A stretch of 64,000 nt of DNA. Source: an uncultured Pseudomonadales bacterium (GTDB lineage Bacteria; Patescibacteriota; Microgenomatia; UBA1400; PJMF01). The stretch is taken from NCBI GenBank assembly GCA_964457085.1, contig CAYWDM010000001.1, positions 45,082 to 109,081 of the forward strand, written 5' to 3'. A program made the translations under genes and the position numbers. The notes under the pieces were generated by a model. The model did no database searches, was not told where the DNA came from, and saw only the letters and a program-made list of their open reading frames with translations. Positions 10,316 to 20,455 of the stretch are shown here, piece after piece. Position 1 is the stretch's first letter. Each line of letters begins with the position of its first letter.

Positions 10316-11149
10316 ATGAGAAAAACAGCAATTACAGCAGTTATCATTGCCAAAAATGAAGCCGAGATGCTTCGAGGTTGTTTGAGTGGCTTGTCTTGGT
10401 GTGACAGTGTTTTGCTTATTGATAACGGATCAACAGATGAAACCGCCTCAATAGCTGAAAATTTTGGTGCCAAAATAATTCAATCAAAACACCTGTCTTT
10501 TGACAAATTGCGAACTGATGCACTGAAATATATTCAAACGCCGTGGGTATTTTATATTGATGCTGATGAGCGAGTAACTCCACAGCTAGCAAAGTCGATT
10601 GCGGTGCACCTTGAAACAGCTACACCTCCAACCAATGCATTTTCACTAATCCGTCAAAATATTTTTTATGGTCACAAAATGAAGTGGGGTGGCTGGCAAG
10701 ATGATAGAGTTACCCGAATTTTTAGACTACAAACGCTCACCAAGTGGAAAGGTAAAGTACACGAGAGTCCAGTTTTTGTTGGTCAAACGCAGCATTTGCC
10801 GTTGGCACTTATTCATCTCACTCACCGCAACACTACAGATGGATTATCAAAAACCATGGTTTGGACTAAAATCGAAGCAGAATTGTTGTTTTCTGCCGGT
10901 GTAAAACCTGTCACTGTCGGTACGATTATTAGAAAAATGGTGATGGAGTTTTGGAGACGTTCAGTTGTTTTCAAAGGCTGGAAAGATGGCCAGGTTGGAT
11001 TCATTGAGGCAATTGTCCAAGGAATAAATAAGGCATTAATTTACATACAAATCTGGGAATTACAACAAAAACCCAGTCTCAAAGAAACCTATACAGCGAT
11101 AGATGCTGACTTAAGTAATAAGTGGCAAACTGCCTCTTTGGAAAAGTAA
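10316..11149 (+). CDS. GT2 glycosyltransferase (WaaE/LgtF-like)
   Basis: IIAKNE, IDNGSTD, IDADER, GKVHE. Confidence 0.9.
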   Translation: MRKTAITAVIIAKNEAEMLRGCLSGLSWCDSVLLIDNGSTDETASIAENFGAKIIQSKHLSFDKLRTDALKYIQTPWVFYIDADERVTPQLAKSIAVHLETATPPTNAFSLIRQNIFYGHKMKWGGWQDDRVTRIFRLQTLTKWKGKVHESPVFVGQTQHLPLALIHLTHRNTTDGLSKTMVWTKIEAELLFSAGVKPVTVGTIIRKMVMEFWRRSVVFKGWKDGQVGFIEAIVQGINKALIYIQIWELQQKPSLKETYTAIDADLSNKWQTASLEK

Positions 11150-11151
11150 GC

Positions 11152-12261
11152 ATGAGAATTGGTCTATATTCACCGTATGTGCCAAAACATTTTGGTGGTG
11201 GCGAAAAACATTTCTTTGATGTCGCGCTAGCACTCTCAAAAAAACATGAGGTGTTTGTTGGCATCCCAAGTAATAGCAATCAGCTGAGTGATAAAACTAG
11301 CAACTATATTCGAGAAAACTATAGTAAATTCCTCAATCGCTCACTGAAGCGAATTCATTTTTTGGCGTGCCCATTTGGAACAGATGCATTCTTCTTTAAC
11401 AAATTATTCTGGACTGGTCAATTTGATGCTTTTTATACAGTCACTGATGGCAGTCTTTTTTTTAGTTTAGCAAAACAAAATTACCTGCATATCCAGATCC
11501 CTTTTACAGACTCAAAAAAATCACTGATGGATCGAATGAAATTATCAATTTGGAGACACAAAAACACCAATTCGTACTTCACAAAACAGATCATAGAACA
11601 GTCTTGGAACGTCACCATCGACTCCGTGTTGCAGCCAATGGTTTCAGTTGAGCCGTTATTAATTAAACCAAGTGACCTACCACTCAAACAAAATATAATT
11701 CTGCATGTAGGTAGATTTTTCAGTCAATTGCATTGCAAGCGTCAAGATACTTTGGTGCAGATTTTCAGAGATTTGTTAAAAAAAAGACCAGAATTATCCG
11801 AAACTTGGAAACTAGTTCTCATTGGATCTGTTGAAGATCATCAATTTGCAAAAAAAGTTGAAAAGTCAGCCAAAGGATTACCGATTGAAATAATTCACAA
11901 CGTAGATCGAGATGATTTAAATAGTTGGTATAAAAAAGCTTCAATATATTGGCATGCTACAGGCTACGGTACTAATCCAGTTACCCAACCAGAAAAATCA
12001 GAGCATTTTGGAATTAGCACTGTTGAGGCGATGGCAGCAGGGTGTGCTCCTGTAGTAATAAACTTAGGTGGTCAAACAGAGATCCTGGTTGGTGAACTTA
12101 CTCAATATCTGTGGAACACCACAGCAGAGTGTGTGGATACAACCCTACAACTAATAGATGACCCTGCAAAAATGATTCTTGTCCAGCTGATGGCACAACA
12201 ACGTGCTAAACAATTCAATCAAGCCCGTTTTGATCAACAAGTCCTTGATATGGTAGAGTAA
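11152..12261 (+). CDS. GT4 glycosyltransferase
   Basis: GGGEK, HVGRF, KRQD, EHFGISTVEAMAAG (EX7E). Confidence 0.9.
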   Translation: MRIGLYSPYVPKHFGGGEKHFFDVALALSKKHEVFVGIPSNSNQLSDKTSNYIRENYSKFLNRSLKRIHFLACPFGTDAFFFNKLFWTGQFDAFYTVTDGSLFFSLAKQNYLHIQIPFTDSKKSLMDRMKLSIWRHKNTNSYFTKQIIEQSWNVTIDSVLQPMVSVEPLLIKPSDLPLKQNIILHVGRFFSQLHCKRQDTLVQIFRDLLKKRPELSETWKLVLIGSVEDHQFAKKVEKSAKGLPIEIIHNVDRDDLNSWYKKASIYWHATGYGTNPVTQPEKSEHFGISTVEAMAAGCAPVVINLGGQTEILVGELTQYLWNTTAECVDTTLQLIDDPAKMILVQLMAQQRAKQFNQARFDQQVLDMVE

Positions 12262-12265
12262 TCCT

Positions 12266-13153
12266 ATGCCAAATACAGTGCAAGTCTCCGCGCTTATTCC
12301 CAACTACAATGGCCGAAAACTACTGGCTCGATACCTTCCAAGTGTTTTAAATACACTTCGTAGTGGCGATGAATTGTTGATTGTTGATGATACCAGTACT
12401 GATGACAGTGTTGAGTGGCTGTGCAAAGTGTACCATGCAACTAAATTGCCAGTTTCAAAGGACTATGAGTTGTTTAGGGGCGATGCAATTAATGATGATA
12501 AAAAATCAATTGCAGTAACAATTGTTAAAAACCTTAAAAATTTGAGATTTGGTGCCAGTTGCAACCGAGGTGTTGAATTGGCAAAAGGCGAATTAATTTT
12601 TCTGTTAAACAGCGATGTTTCTCCACATGAAGGTTCACTCAAACAATTGCTTACCCACTTTGGGCCAACTCCTGAGAGCTCAAAAGTCTTTGGTGTTGGC
12701 TGCCTTGAGATTGAAACAGCCCAAAATGGCTCGTATGCAGGCAAGCAAAAAATCTGGTTCGAGCGTGGCTTATTTATGCACGCCAAGGCTGATGATTTTT
12801 CCTTTGGTGAAACTGCATGGGTAACTGGCGGCAGTGGCTTATTTAGTCGTAAAAAGTGGTTGGAGATTGGTGGTTTTGACCCACTTTTCTATCCGGCTTA
12901 CTGGGAAGACATTGATTTATCGTTTCAAGCCAGAAAATTAGGATATCAGATCTTATTCGATCCCAAGGCAATTGTTGATCATAACCACGAAACGACGAAC
13001 CAGACTGTATTTGGACAACAAAAAATTGCTGAAATGAGTTGGAAAAATGGCATTAAATTTGCCTGGAAAAACACGACCACAGTTCAAAAAATAGCATTTA
13101 TACTTTGGCAACCATTCTGGTGGTGGCAACGAGCTAAGCGTCGTCATGCTTAA
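12266..13153 (+). CDS. GT2 glycosyltransferase (WbbL-like)
   Basis: IPNYNG, VDDTSTD, NLRFGASCNRG, LLNSD, YWEDIDL. Confidence 0.9.
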   Translation: MPNTVQVSALIPNYNGRKLLARYLPSVLNTLRSGDELLIVDDTSTDDSVEWLCKVYHATKLPVSKDYELFRGDAINDDKKSIAVTIVKNLKNLRFGASCNRGVELAKGELIFLLNSDVSPHEGSLKQLLTHFGPTPESSKVFGVGCLEIETAQNGSYAGKQKIWFERGLFMHAKADDFSFGETAWVTGGSGLFSRKKWLEIGGFDPLFYPAYWEDIDLSFQARKLGYQILFDPKAIVDHNHETTNQTVFGQQKIAEMSWKNGIKFAWKNTTTVQKIAFILWQPFWWWQRAKRRHA

Positions 13154-14738
13154 AAAAATACCGAGCTCTTATCTGTGGGTCGCCCTCATACTAGTGATTG
13201 CAGTTATCACCCGTTTTTACCAACTGGGTAACATACCCCATGGCATGACCTGGGACGAAGCAGCTATTGGCTACAATGGTCATGCAGTACTCACCACACG
13301 TCGAGATGAATGGCTCAAAAAACTACCCATCTCTTTTCGTTCATTTGGTGACTACAAGGCACCACTAGCAATTTATTTGAATGGATTTTTTACACTGCTA
13401 TTTGGCAACACAGTTTTTGCAGTTAGATTGCCTTTTGCCCTTATTGGACTATTAGCAATTGCTGGCTTGTACCTAGTCAGCTATGAATCACTGTTAAGAA
13501 GCACTTCAGCCACCACCGCTTCACAAAAAATAATTCGTATTAGCGTCATTTCAATTGCACTACTAGCGATTTCTCCTTGGCATATTCATTTTAGTAGAGT
13601 TGGATTTGAGTCAGGAATTGCATTGGGATTATTACTCTGTGGAGTAGGGTTGATGCTGCGAGGACTACGTCTAGAGAAATTTTTACCACTTTTTTTGGGT
13701 ATTTCCTGTGCTGCTGCAAGCTTGTATGCCTATCACAGTACCAAGATAGCACTGCCATTTCTCATGCTATTGTTGCTATGGTTTGTGGGATGGAAAAATA
13801 TCTTCAAGAAAAAATATTTTTGGTTGTTTGTCTGGGGTGGAATTACACTACTGCCACTGATATATGACCTCATTTGGGGACAAGGATTAACACGAGCTAG
13901 TACCCTAATTTTTAACAAAGGCTTTCCAATCAGTATAGTTTTAGCCACGATTTGGCAAAATTGGCTGAACCAGCTATCAATGAACTTTCTTTTCTTTGGC
14001 TGGACCGATACCCTCAGACATGGCACTGGACGATTTGGAGTCTTATATCTCATCGACTTAATTCCCCTAATTTGGTTGATGGTTAGAATGTTGACTCACA
14101 GAGTTAAATCAAATTTTTTAACTCAGCCAAAAATGATATCAGCAATTATTTTCTGGACATCTTGGCTAGTGATAGGATTACTGCCAGCTGTACTTGGAGA
14201 TATTACTCCACATCCTAATCGGTCATTACTTGCACTCCCAGGTTTTCTAATGCTAATTGTGATTGGCTGGGATGATTTGCTAGATACTCTCTCGTTAAAA
14301 AAAGCATGGTATTTGATTGGCATTATATATGTGCTACTAACTGCTAATTTTCTTCGTTACTACTTCACTACGTATGCAAAAAATAGTGCGGCTGATTTCT
14401 TTGACGGATATGTTGAAGCTGCAACTATAGCCAACCAAATTGAAAAAAATGGCTGGGAAAATAGCAAACCTGAAAAGATTTTGTTTACCTCTGACTATGG
14501 ACAGCCATATATTTTTGTATTGTTTGTAAAGAACCTCAATCCAATTTGGTATCAGGGTGGTGAGCTCTCAAAATACGAGTTCACTGACAAGATCAATACC
14601 GGAGATCTAATTCGTCCAAATACATTAATCGTGGCAAGTGAAATGGATGACATTCCACTTGAATGGGCAAATTATGTAGTTCATCGAAGCGATGGAGAAG
14701 TTGCATTCAAAATCTACTACCCCAAAGCAAAACCATAA
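13146..14738 (+). CDS. GT-C glycosyltransferase (ArnT/PMT_2-like), paralog 1 of 4
   Basis: TRFY..WDEAAIGYN, SFGDYK, VRLP, SPWHIHFSR, LRHG, PHPNRSL. Confidence 0.8.
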   Translation: MLKKIPSSYLWVALILVIAVITRFYQLGNIPHGMTWDEAAIGYNGHAVLTTRRDEWLKKLPISFRSFGDYKAPLAIYLNGFFTLLFGNTVFAVRLPFALIGLLAIAGLYLVSYESLLRSTSATTASQKIIRISVISIALLAISPWHIHFSRVGFESGIALGLLLCGVGLMLRGLRLEKFLPLFLGISCAAASLYAYHSTKIALPFLMLLLLWFVGWKNIFKKKYFWLFVWGGITLLPLIYDLIWGQGLTRASTLIFNKGFPISIVLATIWQNWLNQLSMNFLFFGWTDTLRHGTGRFGVLYLIDLIPLIWLMVRMLTHRVKSNFLTQPKMISAIIFWTSWLVIGLLPAVLGDITPHPNRSLLALPGFLMLIVIGWDDLLDTLSLKKAWYLIGIIYVLLTANFLRYYFTTYAKNSAADFFDGYVEAATIANQIEKNGWENSKPEKILFTSDYGQPYIFVLFVKNLNPIWYQGGELSKYEFTDKINTGDLIRPNTLIVASEMDDIPLEWANYVVHRSDGEVAFKIYYPKAKP

Positions 14739-16768
14739 TGGCAACAGCACTATTTTCACTCACTGATTGGCAATTCTGGGGTTTTACCTGTTTGCAGATA
14801 GCATTTGTTTTGATTGTGCTGCGTGGCCTTGGTTGGATTATTTTGCATAAACTGCAGTTCCAAGCCACTTCTTTTTTTCAGTCGGCATCCTGGCACAGTG
14901 TATTGATTTTCGTAGGACTAGCTTTCTTTACTTTGACAGCTTGGGCATTGGGTGAGCTTGGTCAAAGACACCTGCAATGGTTTGTAATTCTACTTGGATG
15001 TTTAGGCACCGTACTTGAATTTTTACAGAGACGTAGAAATAAAAAAGCTGAGAAACTGCATTTTAAGCTAAATATAAACGACAAAATGTTGGGAATAGCG
15101 ATACTCTTTGGAGTTGCATTACAACTGATTGCTATCGTGACCTCAGGAATCCGTGTGGGTGATACTGCTGACTTTTATTTTACCAATGCAGGGGATGGCA
15201 TGATGCATTTGGCTTTTTCCAGATCATTAATTGCTACATACCCGCCTGTTCGACCGGAATTAGCTAACATACCACTCACTAATTATCATTTTTTCACTGA
15301 TTTATTAATGGCTGAGCAATCAAGACTATTACAAATACCGATAGCACATAGTTTTTTCCAGTTTTGGCCGGTACTCTTGGCTTTAGGTAGTGCCATTTTA
15401 ATCATCAGCATTGTTCAACAATTCAGTAAGAGTGTCTCGATTACCTGGATTAGTCTGTTTTTCTGGTTTTTTAATGGAGAACTAGGCTATCTATTTAGCC
15501 TACTGATTCATCATACATTTAACTGGAATGTGGCAACTATAGAAAACTCAGCCGATCAATTTTTAAACATGCCACAAATGTTTGCCAAGACTTTAGTCTT
15601 TGCTGTGTATTGGCTGGGATTGTATTGGTACAAAAACTTGAAAATGAAAACCGACCAAAACATTTTTTTGGCAATTGTCTTACTAATTGCAGCTGCCACG
15701 GGTTATAAAATTTACTTTGGTTTATTTACTTTGGCACTAGTGATTGGCTTGTGGTTAGCTCAATTACTTACAAACCTACAGTCAAAAACCGCATTGGCTC
15801 ATCTGCAAATCCTAGGTAGACAATTTTTTTGGCTGTTGGTTGGATGCCTGTTTGTAGTAATGATATTAAGATCAGTGAGTACTGGATCAGGAAAACTCGG
15901 CTGGTACCCACTTGTCTGGCCAAAACTGTTAATCAGTAGTGAACATCTAGATCTCAAGGATCTCGCCAATCGACTGCAAATAAATGAGTATGCCGGAAAC
16001 ACTCCAAAAATTGTGCTCTTTAATAGCTTGGTTTTATTAATTGGGCTTTTAGCACTGTTTGGAACCAAACTGGTGGGAATGTGGTATTTTGTTCAATCAA
16101 AAACACTCAATTGGTACAGGGCAGTTTTGCTATCGGCACTCGTATCTGCAGGCATAATTGGACTCAATACTCTGCAAGATCCTGGTGGCTTTAATACCTA
16201 TAATTTCTTGCTTGTGGCCATGCAGCCACTATTTTTCCTCACGGTTTTGGTTTTAGACCAGTTATGGCAACAAAAAAAGATCCACACAAAAGTTATAGTC
16301 GTTGCGATTTTACTACTGGGATCTGTAAGACCAATCGCAAATTATCACAAATATTTTTCTGCGATTACTCACCATAGAGTTGAAGCTGCCTATTCAACCT
16401 CAGAGCTTCTAGCTCTTGATTGGATAGCAAATAATACACCAGTAGATACATTGGTCCAGGCATCACCACAAAGTGGTAAATCACGTCAGAACTCGTATAT
16501 CAGTTTTTTTGCGAAGCGTCCCACATATCTGGCTTTGGAAAGTATTGCCCAGTCACATGGAATCACTACCAAACAAAAAAGAATCGCATTGGAGTCTGCA
16601 GTTAGTGTCTCGAACTATGAGCTACTAGCTGCCAACATGCGTCAACTCGGTATAAACTATCTGTACGTTGAACATGAGTCCAGTCAAACAAAGATACTAG
16701 ACCTACTTGGAATTACGGAACACACAGTATTTACAAATGATGCAGCAACGATTGTGGTCTTCAACTAA
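14738..16768 (+). CDS. Large polytopic membrane protein, probable GT-C fold
   Basis: About 13 or more TM; loop GDGMMHL...YPPxxP...NYHFFTD; C-terminal ALDWIANNTP domain. ATG overlaps the previous stop (TAATG). Confidence 0.6.
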   Translation: MATALFSLTDWQFWGFTCLQIAFVLIVLRGLGWIILHKLQFQATSFFQSASWHSVLIFVGLAFFTLTAWALGELGQRHLQWFVILLGCLGTVLEFLQRRRNKKAEKLHFKLNINDKMLGIAILFGVALQLIAIVTSGIRVGDTADFYFTNAGDGMMHLAFSRSLIATYPPVRPELANIPLTNYHFFTDLLMAEQSRLLQIPIAHSFFQFWPVLLALGSAILIISIVQQFSKSVSITWISLFFWFFNGELGYLFSLLIHHTFNWNVATIENSADQFLNMPQMFAKTLVFAVYWLGLYWYKNLKMKTDQNIFLAIVLLIAAATGYKIYFGLFTLALVIGLWLAQLLTNLQSKTALAHLQILGRQFFWLLVGCLFVVMILRSVSTGSGKLGWYPLVWPKLLISSEHLDLKDLANRLQINEYAGNTPKIVLFNSLVLLIGLLALFGTKLVGMWYFVQSKTLNWYRAVLLSALVSAGIIGLNTLQDPGGFNTYNFLLVAMQPLFFLTVLVLDQLWQQKKIHTKVIVVAILLLGSVRPIANYHKYFSAITHHRVEAAYSTSELLALDWIANNTPVDTLVQASPQSGKSRQNSYISFFAKRPTYLALESIAQSHGITTKQKRIALESAVSVSNYELLAANMRQLGINYLYVEHESSQTKILDLLGITEHTVFTNDAATIVVFN

Positions 16769-18461
16769 ACTAAGCTTTTTAATTACTTTGGTTGTAATGA
16801 GTGTGGCTGTGGTGCTACGGATCTGGCAGCTGTCCTCAATACCGTCATCACCGTATTGGGAAGAAACTGCACTTGGATACGATTCATATAGTTTACTAAA
16901 AACTGGAAAAGACCATCACGGTACTAACTGGCCGATTGTAGCCTTCGAATCATTTGGTGACTGGAAGCCAAGTGGTTATTTTTATGCGGCACTACCTAGC
17001 ATCGCTGTGTTTGGTTTATCAACATTTGCGGTGAGATTGCCCAGTGCCCTCGCTGGAGTTGGCATTGTCTGGTTATTCCCCAGTTTTTTTAGCTTACTTT
17101 TTAAAAAGAAGTTAAGTGTATATGAAACAGCATGGTTGCGAATAATTGCAGCAATCTGTCCATGGTTATTAGTTTTTTCCAGGGCAGCCTGGGAAGTAAA
17201 TCTAGCCACATTTTTGCTTTTAGCTGGCAGCATATTCTGGCTTAAAGCCTTGCAGGCTCAATCGATCAAGAAAAATTGGCTTCAAGCAATTGTGGCAGTT
17301 TGTTGTTTTGCAGCTGCTGCATATACGTACCATGCACTGCGAATCATTGCACCACTTTGGGCCATGGGTATTGGCTTAGATTGGTTGTTGGACTCACACC
17401 AAAAGAAATCACACTTTATTAAAAACAGCTTGCAGTTACTTTTGTGGGGCACAATCTGCGTACTATTATTACTGCCAATTGTTTTACAGCTGCAAAATAA
17501 AGCGGTTTCGCAACGCTTCCAAGAAACAAGCATTTTTTCAAGCCCTGATAGTGTTCTTACCAGCAATCGATTACGTGAGGAACAGGGGAATACTGTGTGG
17601 GCACGTGTGTTGCACCACCGATATCGGTATCAAGGTGCAGTTATTTTAGATAAAGTGCTACAGCATGCTTCGTTTAACTTTTTATTTGTAACCAGTGATA
17701 GTAATGCTCGCCACCGTGGCAGCATGTATGGTCAACTGCTATACCCAGATGTCGCATTAATTTTACTTGGAATTTTAGCTGTAATTTACACCAGAAACAC
17801 TCGAGGATGGTTACTTGGGTGGCTGTGGTTTGCGAGTGTATTACCAGCGAGTGTGAGTACAGCGACTCCACATGCACTGAGAACATTGCCATCAGCTCTG
17901 TTGTGGCTCAGTTTGAGTGGCTATGGTTTTTTTACACTCAAAGACTGGCTGTTTAAAGTGCTGAAACCACCAGTTCTTTCAAGCGTGATACTCGGTGCCA
18001 TTGTCCTGTTCTATGTTGGATTTGGGTGGCTGTGGTGGCACTCATATAGCACACTGTACCCAGTCAAATTTACCAGTGATTGGCAATATGGCTACTCACA
18101 AATGATAGAAACAACTTTGGCTCTCGGTAAGAATGCTACTGAGCTGCCAATTGTGATATCCAGACAGCAAGGTAGACCTGCCATGTTCTGGTGGTTCTAT
18201 ACCAAAACTGATCCAAAACGCGTTCAAGTTCTAGATCCTATTACTACTAAAGACCAAGGCGAGTTTCTAGTATTTGAAAATATACAATTTACTCGAGCAA
18301 TGGGTGATTTTAAACCGAACTCAATCATTGCATTGAGTGAAATGGAGTGGAGCAACATCAAAAAAGACCATCCGAGTTGGGAGCTATCAGAGCAATCAAC
18401 CATTCGTAATCCAGAGCATGAAATTGTTTGGTTGGTAGGCATTTTAAAAGAAACAAAATAA
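16737..18461 (+). CDS. GT-C glycosyltransferase (ArnT/PMT_2-like), paralog 2 of 4
   Basis: LRIW..YWEETALGYD, TGKDHHG, SFGDWK, VRLPSA, FSRAAWE, TPHALR. Confidence 0.8.
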   Translation: MMQQRLWSSTKLSFLITLVVMSVAVVLRIWQLSSIPSSPYWEETALGYDSYSLLKTGKDHHGTNWPIVAFESFGDWKPSGYFYAALPSIAVFGLSTFAVRLPSALAGVGIVWLFPSFFSLLFKKKLSVYETAWLRIIAAICPWLLVFSRAAWEVNLATFLLLAGSIFWLKALQAQSIKKNWLQAIVAVCCFAAAAYTYHALRIIAPLWAMGIGLDWLLDSHQKKSHFIKNSLQLLLWGTICVLLLLPIVLQLQNKAVSQRFQETSIFSSPDSVLTSNRLREEQGNTVWARVLHHRYRYQGAVILDKVLQHASFNFLFVTSDSNARHRGSMYGQLLYPDVALILLGILAVIYTRNTRGWLLGWLWFASVLPASVSTATPHALRTLPSALLWLSLSGYGFFTLKDWLFKVLKPPVLSSVILGAIVLFYVGFGWLWWHSYSTLYPVKFTSDWQYGYSQMIETTLALGKNATELPIVISRQQGRPAMFWWFYTKTDPKRVQVLDPITTKDQGEFLVFENIQFTRAMGDFKPNSIIALSEMEWSNIKKDHPSWELSEQSTIRNPEHEIVWLVGILKETK

Positions 18462-18548
18462 CAGTAGTCACTGTTTTTACTTGACCTTGAAATACCGCAA
18501 TTTTTTAGTCTCTTTTGATTTATAATTACCACTTGAATCGAGTTAACC

Positions 18549-20402
18549 ATGAATTCAATTGCCAACACTATTACAACTGCACTACATGCCGTTTGGAGTC
18601 AGTTTTTTTCTGAGCTAGAATTTCCCAAAAATTCAGTGATAACTCGTCCCGAGGACTGGCAGTTTGGAGAGTATACGGTTAATTTAGCGATGGTGGCATT
18701 TCCACTGTTACCTGCTGAACTCAAAGCAAAATCACCTAACCCCAGGGCATTAGCTCAGTTATTTGCAGATGAACTCAAAAACGCACTCCCCACAGTCACA
18801 ATCACAGTTGCAGGGCCAGGGTTTATCAACTTTTCATTAAGTTCCAGCGACTTAATTAGTGAGGTTAATTCTGTATCCTCACAAACTAGTTTGCCGACAA
18901 AATTTTCCAACAAACAAGTTATTGTTGAGTTCACTGATCCAAACCCTTTCAAAGAATTTCATATTGGTCATCTCTATAGCAACATCGTTGGTGAATCTAT
19001 CTCAAGATTATTGGAAGTTGGTGGAGCACAGGTACATCGAGCCTGCTATCAGGGTGATGTCGGCATGCATGTGGCAAAATCAATTTGGGGTTTACGATCA
19101 AAGCTAGTAACTGACCAGCTAACCTTGTCTGAACTGGAATTACGCACGTTACCTGATAGAGTGAAATATCTCGGTCAAGCGTATGCTCTCGGTGCAACTG
19201 CATATGAAGAGCAGCCAACTGCAGCTGAAGAAATCAAAGATATTAATTACATGGTATTTATCTTTGGTCAAGAAAATTTAATGAAAGTGATGGATTGGCA
19301 GCCACAAGTTGACTATCGCTCAAAACTTTCTAGTGACCCCAAAAATCTGGATGAGATTCGAGAGCTGTATGTGAAAGGTAGAGCATGGAGCTTGGCATAT
19401 TTCGAAACAATTTATGCACGGCTGGGCACCAAGTTTGAAGAGTATTTTTTCGAAAGTTTGGTTGGAGAGCTAGGCTTACAATTAGTGAGAGAATCACAAG
19501 CAAAAGGTATTTTTGTCGAGAGTCAGGGTGCAGTGATCTATCCAGGTAGTCAGAAAAAACTGCATGACCGAGTCTTTATCAACTCTCACGGATTGCCAAC
19601 CTACGAAGCAAAAGAGCTAGGACTTGCTCCAGAGAAGTATCGACGAATACCCTATGACCACTCAATTATCATCACTGGTAATGAAATCGTTGAGTATTTT
19701 AAAGTACTACTAACTGCACTCAGTGAAATCCATCCAGAACTTGCTGCCAAGACAACTCACTTGTCCCATGGAATGGTACGTTTGCCAGACGGCAAAATGT
19801 CGAGTCGAACTGGCAAGATTCTCACCGGAGAATGGTTACTAGATGAATCAAAAGCTGAAGTTAAAAAGATTCTCGATGTATCTCAAGCAGAGGGCAAGTT
19901 AAAGCTTAGTACAGAGGAGCTTGATCACACTGCAGAATTGATTGGCCAAGCCGCTATTAAGTTTGCATTATTATCAAGTCGACTGGGTAAAGATATTTCA
20001 TTTGATTTTACTAACTCACTATCATTTGCTGGTTTTTCTGGCCCATACTTACAATACACAGTGACACGCTGTCAGAGTGTGCTTTCAAAAGCAGCCGCAC
20101 AGCAGATTCAATTCACCAAAAAACTGGCTGAAACTGAAGCTATAACTGCAGACGAACGATTAGTACTTATTCAGTTATCGAGAGCCCCAGAAGTTACAAC
20201 TCAAGCAATCTCCAATCTATCACCACACATTATCGCTGAATATTTGTTTGCATTGTCTCAATCATTTAACTCGTTTTACACCAACCAGCAAATTCTAAAC
20301 TCAGAGCATTCAAGTTTTAGACTAGCATTAACTGAGATGGTGGCAAAGACTGTGACTAGTGGTCTGTACTTACTAGGAATTACATCTCCTGAGCGGATGT
20401 AG
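18549..20402 (+). CDS. argS: Arginine--tRNA ligase
   Basis: AGPGFINF, EFTDPNPFKEFHIGH (HIGH), KMSSRTG (KMSKS), GPYLQYT, DALR domain ending PERM. Confidence 0.97.
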   Translation: MNSIANTITTALHAVWSQFFSELEFPKNSVITRPEDWQFGEYTVNLAMVAFPLLPAELKAKSPNPRALAQLFADELKNALPTVTITVAGPGFINFSLSSSDLISEVNSVSSQTSLPTKFSNKQVIVEFTDPNPFKEFHIGHLYSNIVGESISRLLEVGGAQVHRACYQGDVGMHVAKSIWGLRSKLVTDQLTLSELELRTLPDRVKYLGQAYALGATAYEEQPTAAEEIKDINYMVFIFGQENLMKVMDWQPQVDYRSKLSSDPKNLDEIRELYVKGRAWSLAYFETIYARLGTKFEEYFFESLVGELGLQLVRESQAKGIFVESQGAVIYPGSQKKLHDRVFINSHGLPTYEAKELGLAPEKYRRIPYDHSIIITGNEIVEYFKVLLTALSEIHPELAAKTTHLSHGMVRLPDGKMSSRTGKILTGEWLLDESKAEVKKILDVSQAEGKLKLSTEELDHTAELIGQAAIKFALLSSRLGKDISFDFTNSLSFAGFSGPYLQYTVTRCQSVLSKAAAQQIQFTKKLAETEAITADERLVLIQLSRAPEVTTQAISNLSPHIIAEYLFALSQSFNSFYTNQQILNSEHSSFRLALTEMVAKTVTSGLYLLGITSPERM

Positions 20403-20455
20403 TTTTTACTGACAGAGAGCTGTTTTTTCAGGGGTGAGTGTGTATGATATTGAGT

